A stretch of 64,000 bases of DNA from Myxococcota bacterium (GCA_965140415.1 OZ223209.1:2432001-2496000), one strand, 5' to 3'. Positions 1-10,203 are shown, counted from the first letter of the stretch. Notes: a model not told the origin generated them from the sequence alone. Numbers and translations: made by a program.

Positions 1-1
1 G

Positions 2-2218
2 ATTTCTGTTGGTGTTGCTCTTGACGATTCAAAACTGGAGCAGCTTGATGATCGGATTTTCACGAAATCGGGAGAAGTTCGTAGTGCCTTCTTGGTTTCA
101 AGAGCCACATTAGAAAAGCTGGTCAAATCCAATGAAGACAATGCTACCCAAGGTGCTCTCGCCGCACATGAGGTTGCGGATTCCGGGAAAAGCCAGTTGA
201 TCATGTTCATGTTGTTCGGTTTTTTTGGTGCGGCTGTTTTCGGTTATGTTTTCTCGCGTTCAATCAGCACACCGATTTTGAGGCTGAATGATGCCGCACA
301 GGAGGTGGCTGGTGGAAATTTGAATGTGGACGTGGAACTGCGACGACAGGATGAACTGGGACGCCTGGCGGAATCTTTTGGAACGATGATCGGCAACTTG
401 AAGCACTCGGATCAGATGGTTAAATCAGCCATGGCGGAGGCGGGACAGAAAGTCGAGAATCTGAACAGCATTCCGACCCCGATCATGACGATAGATAAAG
501 AGTTCAACGTTACTTACATGAATCACGCCGGGGCTGGTCTTGTCGGTTTGACCTCGGAAACAGTCAAAGGCAAAAAATGCTACGACCTGTTTAAAACTCC
601 CCATTGTCGCACCGCCGAATGTCGTTGCCAGCAGGCCATGCAGGATAAGAACGTTCATTCAGGTGAAACAGTTGCAGATCCCAGCGGCTTGAATATGCCG
701 ATTCAGTATACGGGTGCACCGGTTACGGATGAGCAAGGCAAGGTTATTGGAGCGTTGGAGTATGTTGTAGATATTACGAACACCAAGAAAGCAATGGACG
801 ATGCGAACCTGAAGGTCGGCTTCCTCGATGCGATTCCGACTCCGGTAATGGTGATCGACAACAATTTCACGGTGCAGTACATGAATCCGGCTGGTGCAGC
901 AGTCGGCGGGAAAAAGCCTGAAGAAGTCAAGGGAACGAAGTGTTATGACTTCTTTAAAACGACTCATTGCAAAACATCCGAATGCCGTTGCAAACAAGCG
1001 ATGGAGCGGAAGGAAAATTCCAACGGAGAAACCGTGGCAAATGTGAGCGGTCAAAAAATTCCGATCGATTACACCGGATCTCCCCTGTATGACGAGAAAG
1101 GCAACGTTATCGGAGCGTTGGAGTATGTCCTGGACATCACCGAACGTAAAGAAGTTTTAAACGACATTATCCACGTGGCAGAAGCGATGGCGCGCAATGA
1201 TCTGACGGCAAAAGCAACCGGAAATTATCAAGGCGACTATCTCAAAATCGCCGATAGTCTGAATCAGGGTATGGCAGCACAGCATGAAGCCATGGCTCAG
1301 GTTGCGGAAGCGGTGGAGCAGATCACGGCAGCGGGGCAGCAAATCGCTTCCAGTAGTCAATCCGTGGCAGAGGGAGCTTCCGAGCAAGCCAGCTCTTTGG
1401 AGGAAACCTCTTCAAGCCTGGAAGAGATGGCCAGCATGACAAAGCAGAATTCCGACAACGCCAGACAGGCGGATGGCATGGCGAGCGAAGCCAAGAAAGC
1501 CAGCGATGAAGGTGGCGAATCCATGAAACGGATGGCTTCAGCCATGGGTAAGATTAAAAATTCGGCGCAGGGTACGGCGGCGATCATCAAAGACATCAAT
1601 GAGATTGCTTTCCAAACCAATCTGCTGGCGCTCAATGCAGCTGTCGAGGCGGCAAGAGCAGGAGAAGCCGGGCGTGGTTTTGCTGTGGTTGCAGAAGAAG
1701 TTCGCAACCTTGCGTTACGAGCAAAAGAGGCGGCTCAGAAAACCGAGAATCTGATCAATGAGTCGGTGGGGTTAGCTGAAGAAGGGGAACAGGTGTCCGA
1801 TCAAGTCAATACCAAGCTCAGTGATATTCTCGAAGGCATTCAGAAGGTGGGAGGTATTATCAGTGAAATCGCGACGGCCAGCGAGGAGCAAAGCCGGGGC
1901 ATCGATCAGGTGAACCGGGCTGTGGCCGAAATGGATAAGGTCACGCAGCAGAATGCAGCAAACTCCGAGGAATCGTCAAGTGCTGCTGAAGAGTTGGCCA
2001 GTCAGGCTCAGGAACTGACCGCGATGATTCGCCGATTCACGTTGAATCGTGCGATGGATCACCAAGTCGAACACGTTAAAGCAGTTGAAGTAAAAGCAAA
2101 GCCGAAAAAATACATTGCTTCACCTTTCCGTAAAAACGCAACGGGTGCTTCTGGTATCGCATTGAAACCAGAAGATATCATTCCTTTGGATAACGATCCG
2201 GATTTCTCCAGTTTCTAA
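2..2218 (+). CDS. Methyl-accepting chemotaxis protein (TM-HAMP-PAS-PAS-MCP signal domain), 5'-truncated by the window edge
   Basis: Frame is open from base 2. TM helix, HAMP ([13 protein letters not shown]), two 121-aa PAS repeats, signalling hairpin [37 protein letters not shown], and C-terminal DFSSF resembling a CheR/CheB tether pentapeptide. Confidence 0.96.
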   Translation: MSVGVALDDSKLEQLDDRIFTKSGEVRSAFLVSRATLEKLVKSNEDNATQGALAAHEVADSGKSQLIMFMLFGFFGAAVFGYVFSRSISTPILRLNDAAQEVAGGNLNVDVELRRQDELGRLAESFGTMIGNLKHSDQMVKSAMAEAGQKVENLNSIPTPIMTIDKEFNVTYMNHAGAGLVGLTSETVKGKKCYDLFKTPHCRTAECRCQQAMQDKNVHSGETVADPSGLNMPIQYTGAPVTDEQGKVIGALEYVVDITNTKKAMDDANLKVGFLDAIPTPVMVIDNNFTVQYMNPAGAAVGGKKPEEVKGTKCYDFFKTTHCKTSECRCKQAMERKENSNGETVANVSGQKIPIDYTGSPLYDEKGNVIGALEYVLDITERKEVLNDIIHVAEAMARNDLTAKATGNYQGDYLKIADSLNQGMAAQHEAMAQVAEAVEQITAAGQQIASSSQSVAEGASEQASSLEETSSSLEEMASMTKQNSDNARQADGMASEAKKASDEGGESMKRMASAMGKIKNSAQGTAAIIKDINEIAFQTNLLALNAAVEAARAGEAGRGFAVVAEEVRNLALRAKEAAQKTENLINESVGLAEEGEQVSDQVNTKLSDILEGIQKVGGIISEIATASEEQSRGIDQVNRAVAEMDKVTQQNAANSEESSSAAEELASQAQELTAMIRRFTLNRAMDHQVEHVKAVEVKAKPKKYIASPFRKNATGASGIALKPEDIIPLDNDPDFSSF

Positions 2219-2235
2219 AGAAAGCTTCTATGACA

Positions 2236-2267
2236 AACCGGAAGAGATAGTGACGTCTCTTCCGGTT
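2236..2267. other. 12-bp perfect stem-loop between the MCP and the next gene (no U-tract; possible processing or stability hairpin)
   Basis: AACCGGAAGAGA-N8-TCTCTTCCGGTT. Confidence 0.55.
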
Positions 2268-2290
2268 ACATTACCAAGGAAACCAGTAGT

Positions 2291-3370
2291 ATGGAGATCA
2301 GGATGCAGAAAGCGGAGTTAGGTCGTTCATGCAAGCAGTGTGGCGCTTGTTGTCAGTACGAGATTCCAATTACGTTGTACGACATTCAAAATTTAGCTCG
2401 TTCAAGGTCGTTACCGGATAAAGAAGTATTTGCTTTGCTGATCCAAAAAGAAATCTCTTCCAACTCTGGTCTGTATAAGATCAAAAAGAAAGAAGATAAC
2501 AATTGCATTCTATTGGATCATAGCGCCAAATGCTCCGTCCATAAAAGTAAACCGATGGTTTGTGCAATGTATTCATGTGCGCAAGGCAAAAGAGACAAAA
2601 TACTTTCGTGGACGGCTGACTGCCGGGATGAGAAATCGAAGCTTACGGTCTGGAAGCAATCCGTGGCTGTTGCCGTAACGAAAGCCTATATCAAGCGCTT
2701 CGGAGCGACATGGAATGACAAGGCTTATGCTCAAGCGATCACTTCCATAAATACGCAATCAGGCAACGATGGAAAATGCAACGTCAAGTTATCCCAGGAC
2801 AAAGATGGAAACCCCTTGGCGTTGATTTATGATTGTGAAAACTGCGAAAGGAGAGGGCAACACGCGCATGAAACCATCGTAACAATCGATGATGTTTCAA
2901 GAATAAGTAAATTCCTGGGAGTGAGTGCTGAATTCGTCTTTTCAACCTACTTGCATGATGCTCCTTCGTTGAGTACTGGTGGATTGAAAACGATACGAGC
3001 CCAGACGTGCATTTTTCGTGGGGCTTCGGGAAAATGTACGATAGAACAGGTCAGGCCTATGCATTGTCGGTTTACACCATGTCCGTCAAGGGTCAAATCA
3101 AATGACATGATGGACCGCCTGTATCTTGGTGCCGGAACGGTGGAGCAGCAGTTCCGACATCAACTGGCGATGCAATACACGAGAAACTATGTCGAGGAAT
3201 ATGGTGCGGCTTATCATGCACAAGGGATGGTAGCGGCTCAGAAACAGCTTGAGAGGGATGTCAGGGATCAGGTGTTATATAGGCAATTCAGCCTGAAGAT
3301 CGCTCCATACCGTTACCTGGAGGACGCAAGGGGGATTGTTCAGAATACTCAGGTGTCAATAGGTGGGTAG
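2291..3370 (+). CDS. Tandem YkgJ-like (CxxCxxCC, putative Zn/Fe-S cluster) protein
   Basis: CKQCGACC..CILL..CSVHKSKPMVC in the first half; CENC..CIFR..CTIEQVRPMHCRFTPC in the second half. AAGGA RBS upstream. Confidence 0.75.
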   Translation: MEIRMQKAELGRSCKQCGACCQYEIPITLYDIQNLARSRSLPDKEVFALLIQKEISSNSGLYKIKKKEDNNCILLDHSAKCSVHKSKPMVCAMYSCAQGKRDKILSWTADCRDEKSKLTVWKQSVAVAVTKAYIKRFGATWNDKAYAQAITSINTQSGNDGKCNVKLSQDKDGNPLALIYDCENCERRGQHAHETIVTIDDVSRISKFLGVSAEFVFSTYLHDAPSLSTGGLKTIRAQTCIFRGASGKCTIEQVRPMHCRFTPCPSRVKSNDMMDRLYLGAGTVEQQFRHQLAMQYTRNYVEEYGAAYHAQGMVAAQKQLERDVRDQVLYRQFSLKIAPYRYLEDARGIVQNTQVSIGG

Positions 3371-3386
3371 TTGAAGATGATAAAGG

Positions 3387-3424
3387 AAAAGGGCCATGAA
3401 GCCGGTTGGCTTGATGGCCCTTTT
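3387..3424. terminator. Bidirectional rho-independent terminator between convergent genes
   Basis: AAAAGGGCCAT-GAAGCC..GGCTTG-ATGGCCCTTTT; A and T tracts on both flanks. Confidence 0.8.
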
Positions 3425-3452
3425 GTGTTTGTAAGATTGTAATCTGGAATTC

Positions 3453-4538
3453 TTACGCAGGATTCTTGTCGTGGAATTCTTCCATGAACTGTACCAGAGC
3501 CTGTACGCCTTCGATACTCATTGCGTTATACAATGATGCCCGTAAATGACCGACCATGAAGTGACCGGCCAAGCCAACCATGCCGCGTTCCTTTGCTTCC
3601 TGGACGAATTTATCTTCCAGTTCTTTCGTCGGCAACTGCCAGCAGATGTTGGTACGGGAACGATCTTCCTTGACGATCGGGCAGTCGTAGTAGCCGGGGA
3701 AAGCGTCGATTGCTTTATACAGCATGTCGGCGCGTTCGTCGCAGTTTTTGTCCATCTGAGCCAGACCGCCATGCTCCTTGGTCCACTTCAGCACGCTACG
3801 CATCATGTAGATGCAGAACATCGGCGGCGTGTTGTACAGACTGTTGTGCTCGTGGTGAATGTCATAGCGCAAGTAAGCCGGGATATTGCGGTTATTGCCT
3901 TCCATGAACTTCTTGTTCACGATTACCACCGCCATGCCGCCGGGACCGAGGTTTTTGGTCAGTCCGGCGAAGGTCAGCACGATGCGCGACCAGTCGACCG
4001 GGCGGGTCAGAATATCCGAGCTCATATCGGCGATGATCGGTACACCGTTGGTCTCCGGATATTCATGCAGCTCGCTACCGTAGAAGGTATTGTTGGTCGT
4101 AACATACAAGTAGCGGGCGTCTTTGCTGATCGGATAACCTTTGGGGACATAGGTGTACTGCTTATCTTCGTTGTTGGCGATGATGCGGGCGTCGCCGATC
4201 AGTTTGGCGTCGTTATAGGCTTTCTGCGCCCAATGGCCAGTCAACACATGCTCTGCAAAGGTTCCCGGCGTCAGGAAGTTCATCGGGATCATGGCGAACT
4301 GGAGAGTGCCGCCACCACCGAGGAACAATACGCGATGTGTATCCGGAATCTGGAAGACGTCCATCATCAGTTCTTCCGCTTCGCGCTGGATCGCTTCATA
4401 GCCCGGTGTGCGGTGACTGGTTTCCCATAGAGACATGCCGCTGTTTTCGAAATCCTTGCATTGGGAGTGGACTTCCTCCAGTGCGGATTCAGGCAAAGTG
4501 CAGGGGCCGGGGAAGAAATTGTAAACTCGCTTGCTCAT
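3453..4538 (-). CDS. serC: Phosphoserine aminotransferase (SerC)-family PLP enzyme with a variant active site
   Basis: YNFFPGP, SHR, ADMSSDILTRP, KNLGPGG (PLP Lys), NTPP, RASLYNA. Start placed at MSKRV after a GGAG RBS. Canonical AQK is LTK and GHR is GHF. Confidence 0.82.
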   Translation of the reverse strand: MSKRVYNFFPGPCTLPESALEEVHSQCKDFENSGMSLWETSHRTPGYEAIQREAEELMMDVFQIPDTHRVLFLGGGGTLQFAMIPMNFLTPGTFAEHVLTGHWAQKAYNDAKLIGDARIIANNEDKQYTYVPKGYPISKDARYLYVTTNNTFYGSELHEYPETNGVPIIADMSSDILTRPVDWSRIVLTFAGLTKNLGPGGMAVVIVNKKFMEGNNRNIPAYLRYDIHHEHNSLYNTPPMFCIYMMRSVLKWTKEHGGLAQMDKNCDERADMLYKAIDAFPGYYDCPIVKEDRSRTNICWQLPTKELEDKFVQEAKERGMVGLAGHFMVGHLRASLYNAMSIEGVQALVQFMEEFHDKNPA

Positions 4539-4590
4539 TTCAGGTGTCTCCTTTACATCCACGCCACCATCAGGTGCGTGTATGAGAAGG

Positions 4591-4619
4591 GGAGGGGAAC
4601 CCGTAAAAGGTTCCCCTCC
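4591..4619 (-). other. Intercistronic GC stem-loop between xsc and the serC-like gene
   Basis: GGAGGGGAACC-N7-GGTTCCCCTCC, with only a weak pyrimidine tail on the minus strand. Confidence 0.5.
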
Positions 4620-4656
4620 GATCGATTTTTCAAAATTTCAAGCTGCCAGGCGTGCC

Positions 4657-6393
4657 TTATTTCTTGGCAGCCAGGTGCTTGTACTTGGGCAGGAAACGTT
4701 CCGGCATCTTCAATGCGTCGCGACGGAACGGCTCGGCGAGAACTTCTTCTCCACCCTGGATGACTGCATTGATGACACAGGGTTTGCCGCTGGCAACGGC
4801 TTCTTTGACCACGTCGCCGACCTGATCGTAATGATCGACCGTGTAGCCCTTGGCTCCCATGACTTCCGCCAGCTTGGCGTAGTCGGGGTTGGTGGGCAGG
4901 TTCGCGCCGACGAAACGGCTTTCGTAGTAATCGATCTGGTTCTTTTTCTCTGCGCCCCACTCGTGGTTGTTAGCGACCACGGCGATGACCGGGATGTTCT
5001 CGCGAACGGCGGTCATGACTTCGGACATGCCGCTGATGCCGTAGGCACCATCGCCCTGGAACGCGAAGGTCGGAGCGTCGGGGTTGCCGATCTTGGCGCC
5101 CATGGCCGCGCCGTACGCGAATCCGCAGTTACCCCAGGACAACGCGCTGATGTGCTGACGGATGTTGTTGAACTTGAAGTAGGAGTTGCACATCGAAGAG
5201 TTGTTTCCGATGTCGGTGGCAACGATGGAGCCTTCCGGCATGGCCAGAGACAGCTCACGCAGGAAGCGGCGCGGATGCATCAGCGAATTGGTGCTGGTGG
5301 ACCAGTCTTCCAGTTCCGCACCCCAAGTGGCTTTTTCCTGCTCGATGTCGGCAATGCGTTCGGCGTTCGGCTTCAGATCTGCCTTGATGGCCTTGACGGC
5401 TTTGAGCAGTTCGGAGGTGTATTCCTTCACGTCTGCGCAGCTGGCGACGTCCACGTGGCGGCTTAAGCCCAGCACCTTGGCGTCTACATCGACCTGGATC
5501 AGTTTGGCATTCTCGGGGAAGTAGGAAATGTCATACTGCGGCAGGGTGCCGAACGGTCCCAGGCGGCTGCCCAGCGCCAGAACGACGTCTGCTTTGGCGA
5601 TGGTACGCATGGCGGCTTTGGAACCGCAGTAGCCGATCGGACCGACGGACAACTGATGTTTGGACGGGAACGTGTCGTTATGCAGGTAGCTGTTGCAAAC
5701 CGGAGCGGTAAGGTATTCGGCCAGCGCTTTGGTTTCTTCCAGCGCGTCACCCTGGGAAACGCCACCACCGGAAAGGATCACCGGGTATTTGGCGTCCGCC
5801 AGCAATTTCGCTGCGGCTTCCAGATCTTCTTTTGGGCCGACGCCGCGCTTGATCGTCATGGTCGGATAGATTTCGTCTTCCAGCGTACCATAGAAGTAGT
5901 CACGCGGAATATTCAACTGGGTCGGACCGTTTTCCAGTTTCGCCATGTAGAAGGCGCGACGGGTCAGCTCGGCCATACGTTCGTGACGATTGACACGCAC
6001 CTGGTAGACCGTCTGACGACGGAACATGTCCATCTGATCCAGTTCCTGGAAACCACCGGTGCCGATTCCCATCGTGCCGGTTTCAGGAGTGATGGCGACG
6101 ACCGGAGAGTGCGCCCAGTAGGCGGCGACGATGGCGCTGACGAAGTTCGCTGCGCCGGGACCGTTCTGCGCGATGCAGGCTTGCGGACGACCGGTGACGC
6201 GGGCCAGACCGTCGGCGGCATGCGCGGCGGCTTGTTCGTGGGCGACCGGGATGAAGCGAATGCCGGCTGCGGGGAAGAGGTCCAGGGCATCCATGAACGC
6301 GCTGCCGACGATACCGAATACATCGGTGACGCCTTCGGCGACCATGGTCTCGACCATTGCTTCACTGGGGGTCATTTTCATTTTATCGGCCAT
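4657..6393 (-). CDS. xsc: Sulfoacetaldehyde acetyltransferase (ThDP-dependent)
   Basis: MKMTPSEA start, GIVGSAFMDALDLFP, HEQ, AQNGPG, GYCGSKAAM, TLPQY, GDGAYG ThDP motif, WGAEKKNQ and EPFRRDAL are characteristic Xsc segments that distinguish it from AHAS. Confidence 0.92.
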   Translation of the reverse strand: MADKMKMTPSEAMVETMVAEGVTDVFGIVGSAFMDALDLFPAAGIRFIPVAHEQAAAHAADGLARVTGRPQACIAQNGPGAANFVSAIVAAYWAHSPVVAITPETGTMGIGTGGFQELDQMDMFRRQTVYQVRVNRHERMAELTRRAFYMAKLENGPTQLNIPRDYFYGTLEDEIYPTMTIKRGVGPKEDLEAAAKLLADAKYPVILSGGGVSQGDALEETKALAEYLTAPVCNSYLHNDTFPSKHQLSVGPIGYCGSKAAMRTIAKADVVLALGSRLGPFGTLPQYDISYFPENAKLIQVDVDAKVLGLSRHVDVASCADVKEYTSELLKAVKAIKADLKPNAERIADIEQEKATWGAELEDWSTSTNSLMHPRRFLRELSLAMPEGSIVATDIGNNSSMCNSYFKFNNIRQHISALSWGNCGFAYGAAMGAKIGNPDAPTFAFQGDGAYGISGMSEVMTAVRENIPVIAVVANNHEWGAEKKNQIDYYESRFVGANLPTNPDYAKLAEVMGAKGYTVDHYDQVGDVVKEAVASGKPCVINAVIQGGEEVLAEPFRRDALKMPERFLPKYKHLAAKK

Positions 6394-6961
6394 GAGAACT
6401 TCCTTTCCTAATTTGTCTTAGAGTACGGATCTGAATACACCAATTCACTGTTTATTCCGGCTTGTCCATAGAAAGCCGTAATGAATAAGCTGTCATGCTT
6501 TCGGAATTCGGAGCCGAAAGCGATATACGAAAGTTGATGAGTGTGCGTTGCCGTAAACGGCAGCTTCAATTCTCTCCTTCGATGAAAAACGAAGAAGAAA
6601 GATATCAGACCCGTGGGCCTCCTGGATCGCGTTCGCAGGCCCATTCATCCAGCGCGTTATCACGGATGGAGTTGTAATGGCCTTGCAGTCGGAAAATGGA
6701 AGATCGTTTGGTGAGGTAAAACACGGAGGATTCTCCGCTTTGATATCGACGCGAACTCGAAGAGCGAACCATCGTGTTAAGGCCGAAATGATTCATCCCT
6801 GGTACGTACCCCGAAGCTTTAGGCGAGCCACGCATGCGATCTGTCCATCGATACCAATATGCTTAACAGCGTTTACTAACCAAGTCGAAGACTAACTCTC
6901 ATCGACTAACACTCTTTTTTTTCGCTTCTGTCAAGCAAAATATGGAGAGTTTCTATAAAAT

Positions 6962-8032
6962 TTACTTTTGCAGCAACTCATAAGCCAGCTGTGCGATCAT
7001 CCATTCTTCATTCGTCGGGATGACATAGGCGCTGATGGTGGAGTGAGCACTGGTAATTTTGCCTTCATTGCGATTGTTGCTGTCTTTGTCCAATCGAATG
7101 CCGAGATGAGCTAGCGGAGCCAGAATGCTGGCGCGAATCGCTGCGGCGTTTTCTCCGATTCCTCCAGTAAATACAATGGCTTCCACTGGGCCGATTGCTG
7201 CCAGATAAGCGCCGATGGTTTTTCGGATTCGATAACAGAAAATGGAAACAGCCAGTTTGGCGTCTTCATCTGTGCGTTCGAGCAGGGTACGCATATCTTT
7301 TTCATTAGCCAGGCCCATTAGCCCCGACTCGTGCCATAGCAGATGTTCCACCTCTTCAAGAGATAATCCTTGTTTTTGTAAATACAAGGGGATCGCCGCA
7401 TCCAGATCGCCGCAACGGCTGCCCATCACCAAGCCCTCAAGGGGAGTCATCCCCATGGTTGTATCGATGCACTGACCTTCTCGAATGGCGGCGGCACTTG
7501 CTCCAGCGCCAAGATGAAGTAGAATCAGGTTGGGCTGTGGATTACCGGTCATTTGCGTGTATTTACGGGTCAGATAGTGATACGACTGTCCGTGAAACCC
7601 GTATCGGTAGACCTGAAATCGCTCCCTAGTCTCCGATGGTAGTGCGTAGTTTTGTGCTTCTGGTGGCATATTCCTGTGGAAAGCGGTGTCAAATGCGGCC
7701 ACCTGCGGCACGGCCAACACGCTTGTTGCTTCGATTCCAGCCAAGGCAGGAGGATTATGCAGTGGTGCTAGCGGAGACAGCTTTTTCAAGTTTTCAATGA
7801 CTTCCGGTGTAAGCAAAACCGGTTTGTGATATTCCCGGCCACCATGAACGACTCGATGGGCGACGGCATCCGGTTTTTCCGGCAAGGCGTTTAATATTTG
7901 CGTGATTGCGCTGGCATGATTTTCCGTGACTTCGACGAGTCCGGAATCGAGCACAGTAGATTGCGTATCATCCCAGGAATAAAGCTTGAATTTTACGGTA
8001 GAACTTCCGCAGTTGAGTATGAGCAGATGCAT
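6962..8032 (-). CDS. ackA: Acetate kinase
   Basis: LILNCGSSTVKF, HRVVHGG, APLHNP, FDTAFH, RYGFHG, HLGAGAS, TPLEGLVMGSRCGD, FTGGIGEN, PTNEE. GGAGG RBS before ATG 8032. Confidence 0.95.
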   Translation of the reverse strand: MHLLILNCGSSTVKFKLYSWDDTQSTVLDSGLVEVTENHASAITQILNALPEKPDAVAHRVVHGGREYHKPVLLTPEVIENLKKLSPLAPLHNPPALAGIEATSVLAVPQVAAFDTAFHRNMPPEAQNYALPSETRERFQVYRYGFHGQSYHYLTRKYTQMTGNPQPNLILLHLGAGASAAAIREGQCIDTTMGMTPLEGLVMGSRCGDLDAAIPLYLQKQGLSLEEVEHLLWHESGLMGLANEKDMRTLLERTDEDAKLAVSIFCYRIRKTIGAYLAAIGPVEAIVFTGGIGENAAAIRASILAPLAHLGIRLDKDSNNRNEGKITSAHSTISAYVIPTNEEWMIAQLAYELLQK

Positions 8033-8373
8033 GGTACCTCCATCGAGAACAAGATGCTGCGGTCTGCACAGGCAGAACGAATCATGATTTTTGGGGCGTT
8101 GGCCAGGCTGTCGGGATTTATCGACATTAGCCCCGATTCGAAGGCACTTTATCACAGAATTCGCTGGTGCCAATCAATTTTGGAGAAAGATCGTCCGATT
8201 CTCTTTTTGGGCATGTCTATCTTCCTGTTTCTGTTCTTAAATTACAAAAAAGCTAGGCTTGACTTTTCGCTATATAACGGTGTAAACAAAAAGCTCAACA
8301 ACGATGTGACACTTCAATGATATTGCCTTTTGCAGGCAGTGTTTGCCATGCAAGCAAAAGAAGGGGAGTCGAG

Positions 8374-8943
8374 ATGAAAACTGCGTTCGAGGAAATCAGC
8401 GCCAAGGCGCTCAACATCCCGAAGGATTGGCGTGTCGCAAGGCGCTTGAAAGCCAGTACCTGTTCGATATCGCTGCTTGCCTTGGGAGCGACTTTCGAAT
8501 TGACCAGCCAATACGTCGAAGAGATGAAGCAAGAAATCGCAGACTGGGAAGACGGTCGGAAAGTCGGTATAGGCGTTTTGCCGGAAGGTCCGTACATTAC
8601 GATTCAGAAACAGGGCGATCGCTTGCGCTATTTGGGAACGGGATTGATCGACCCCGATATTTCCATCCTGTTCAAGAATCTCGATTCGGCGATCCTGATT
8701 TTTACCGGGATGCTGGGCGCGCCGCAAGCGGTTGCGGAAAACCGTGTCTGCACGCATGGTGAAAACTCGATGGCCATGCAGGTGACGCGCTCGATGGCCA
8801 TTGTTCAGACGTATCTTTTCCCAAGCCTGATTACCAGCCGAACGTTCAAGCGTCCTCCGATTCTGACCGGTAAACAGCTTGCAACCAAAGGGATGATCAT
8901 GGGTCTATTGACTCCCAGGCTTTTGGGACTGGCGATGAAATAA
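8374..8943 (+). CDS. Hypothetical protein with SCP2 (sterol carrier protein 2)-like lipid-binding pattern
   Basis: GPYITIQKQG..PDISILFKNLDSAILIFTG..QAVAENRVCTHGE follows the SCP2 pattern by eye. GGGGAG RBS; first gene before the Fe-ADH. Confidence 0.55.
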   Translation: MKTAFEEISAKALNIPKDWRVARRLKASTCSISLLALGATFELTSQYVEEMKQEIADWEDGRKVGIGVLPEGPYITIQKQGDRLRYLGTGLIDPDISILFKNLDSAILIFTGMLGAPQAVAENRVCTHGENSMAMQVTRSMAIVQTYLFPSLITSRTFKRPPILTGKQLATKGMIMGLLTPRLLGLAMK

Positions 8944-8994
8944 GGATGTCGAAGGTTTTAACCGACGATTTATCGAAATCGATAACGAAAGGGC

Positions 8995-10176
8995 ATGAAC
9001 ATGTTGCCGAAATATTTCGAATTTATCTGTCCCGTAAAAATTTTATCCGGGCGCAAGGCGCTTTCCAACTTGCCGTATGAGTTGAAGCAACTCAATTCAA
9101 TCCATCCCATGGTCATTACCGATAAAGGTGTGGCGCAGGTCGGATTGTTGGATAAAATCAACGCGGCGTTTGCAGATAGCGATATTGAAATCAGTGAAGT
9201 CTTCGATGATACTCCCGCCGACAGCAGCAACCGTGTGATCAACAAGGTTGCCGATCTGTATCGTGAAAAGGGTTGCGATTCGCTCGTCGCAGTCGGCGGT
9301 GGAAGCGTGCTCGATACTGCCAAAGGCGTCAATATCGTCTTGTCGGAAAAAACCGACGATCTACTCAAATTCCAGGGTGTGGATCGTATCGTGGGACCGA
9401 TGCAGCCTTTCATCGCGATTCCGACGACGGCTGGAACCGGTTCGGAAGTAACGGCGGCGGCAGTGATCTACAACGAGGAAAAAGGGGCCAAGATGGCCTT
9501 TATGAGCAACAAACTCTATCCCGATGTGGCAATCGTCGATCCGGCAATGACGGAGACCATGCCGCCTAAAATCACGGCAGCGACCGGTATGGATGCGCTG
9601 ACTCACGCCGTTGAAGCCTATTACTGCTTACAGAAAAATCCGGTTTCCGATGCCTATGCCATCGGTGCGATTCGCCTGATCAAAGAATACCTGATTCCGG
9701 CGGTGGAAGATGGCAGCAATGCGGATGCGCGGCTGGCGATGGCGAACGCGGCCTTATTGGCTGGAATCGCGTTTTCGAATTCCATGGTTGGCATGGTGCA
9801 TGCCCTGGCGCACGCTACCGGCGGTGTGGCGCATGTGCCTCATGGTGTTGCAAATAGCATTCTGCTGCCTTTCGGAATGGAATACAACATCGAGAAGATG
9901 CAACCGGTCATCGCCGAGTTGGCGGATTGGCTGGGCGAGCCGGAAGCGCATCTGGACGAGCGCCAGCGCGCCTATCTGGCGGTGGAATCGGTGCGGCGAA
10001 TGACGGAGCGCTTGCACGAACTCTGCGGTTTACCGCTGACTTTGAAAGAGGCGGGCGTGCAGGAAAGCCAGTTGGAGCAGATCGCCAAGTTGGGCATCGA
10101 CGATGGCGCGTTGACCTACAACCCGGAAGAGATGACCTACGAAGATGGTTTGACGGTATTGAAGAAAGCGTTTTAA
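8995..10176 (+). CDS. Iron-containing (family III) alcohol dehydrogenase
   Basis: GGGSVLDTAK, PTTAGTGSEVT, DALTHAVEAY, HALAH, PHG. Confidence 0.95.
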   Translation: MNMLPKYFEFICPVKILSGRKALSNLPYELKQLNSIHPMVITDKGVAQVGLLDKINAAFADSDIEISEVFDDTPADSSNRVINKVADLYREKGCDSLVAVGGGSVLDTAKGVNIVLSEKTDDLLKFQGVDRIVGPMQPFIAIPTTAGTGSEVTAAAVIYNEEKGAKMAFMSNKLYPDVAIVDPAMTETMPPKITAATGMDALTHAVEAYYCLQKNPVSDAYAIGAIRLIKEYLIPAVEDGSNADARLAMANAALLAGIAFSNSMVGMVHALAHATGGVAHVPHGVANSILLPFGMEYNIEKMQPVIAELADWLGEPEAHLDERQRAYLAVESVRRMTERLHELCGLPLTLKEAGVQESQLEQIAKLGIDDGALTYNPEEMTYEDGLTVLKKAF

Positions 10177-10203
10177 CCGAATTTCAATCCGGTAACTGAT
10201 TAT

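Noticed and set aside
3546-6411. Long plus-strand ORFs (294, 311 and 251 aa) antisense to the serC-like gene and xsc
   Set aside because: Antisense shadows of well-supported genes; no recognisable domains.
6394-6961. TPP riboswitch ahead of ThDP-dependent xsc, and 60-78 aa ORFs
   Set aside because: CTGAGA and CCTGA core motifs not found on the minus strand; the small ORFs lack convincing RBS or protein-like features.
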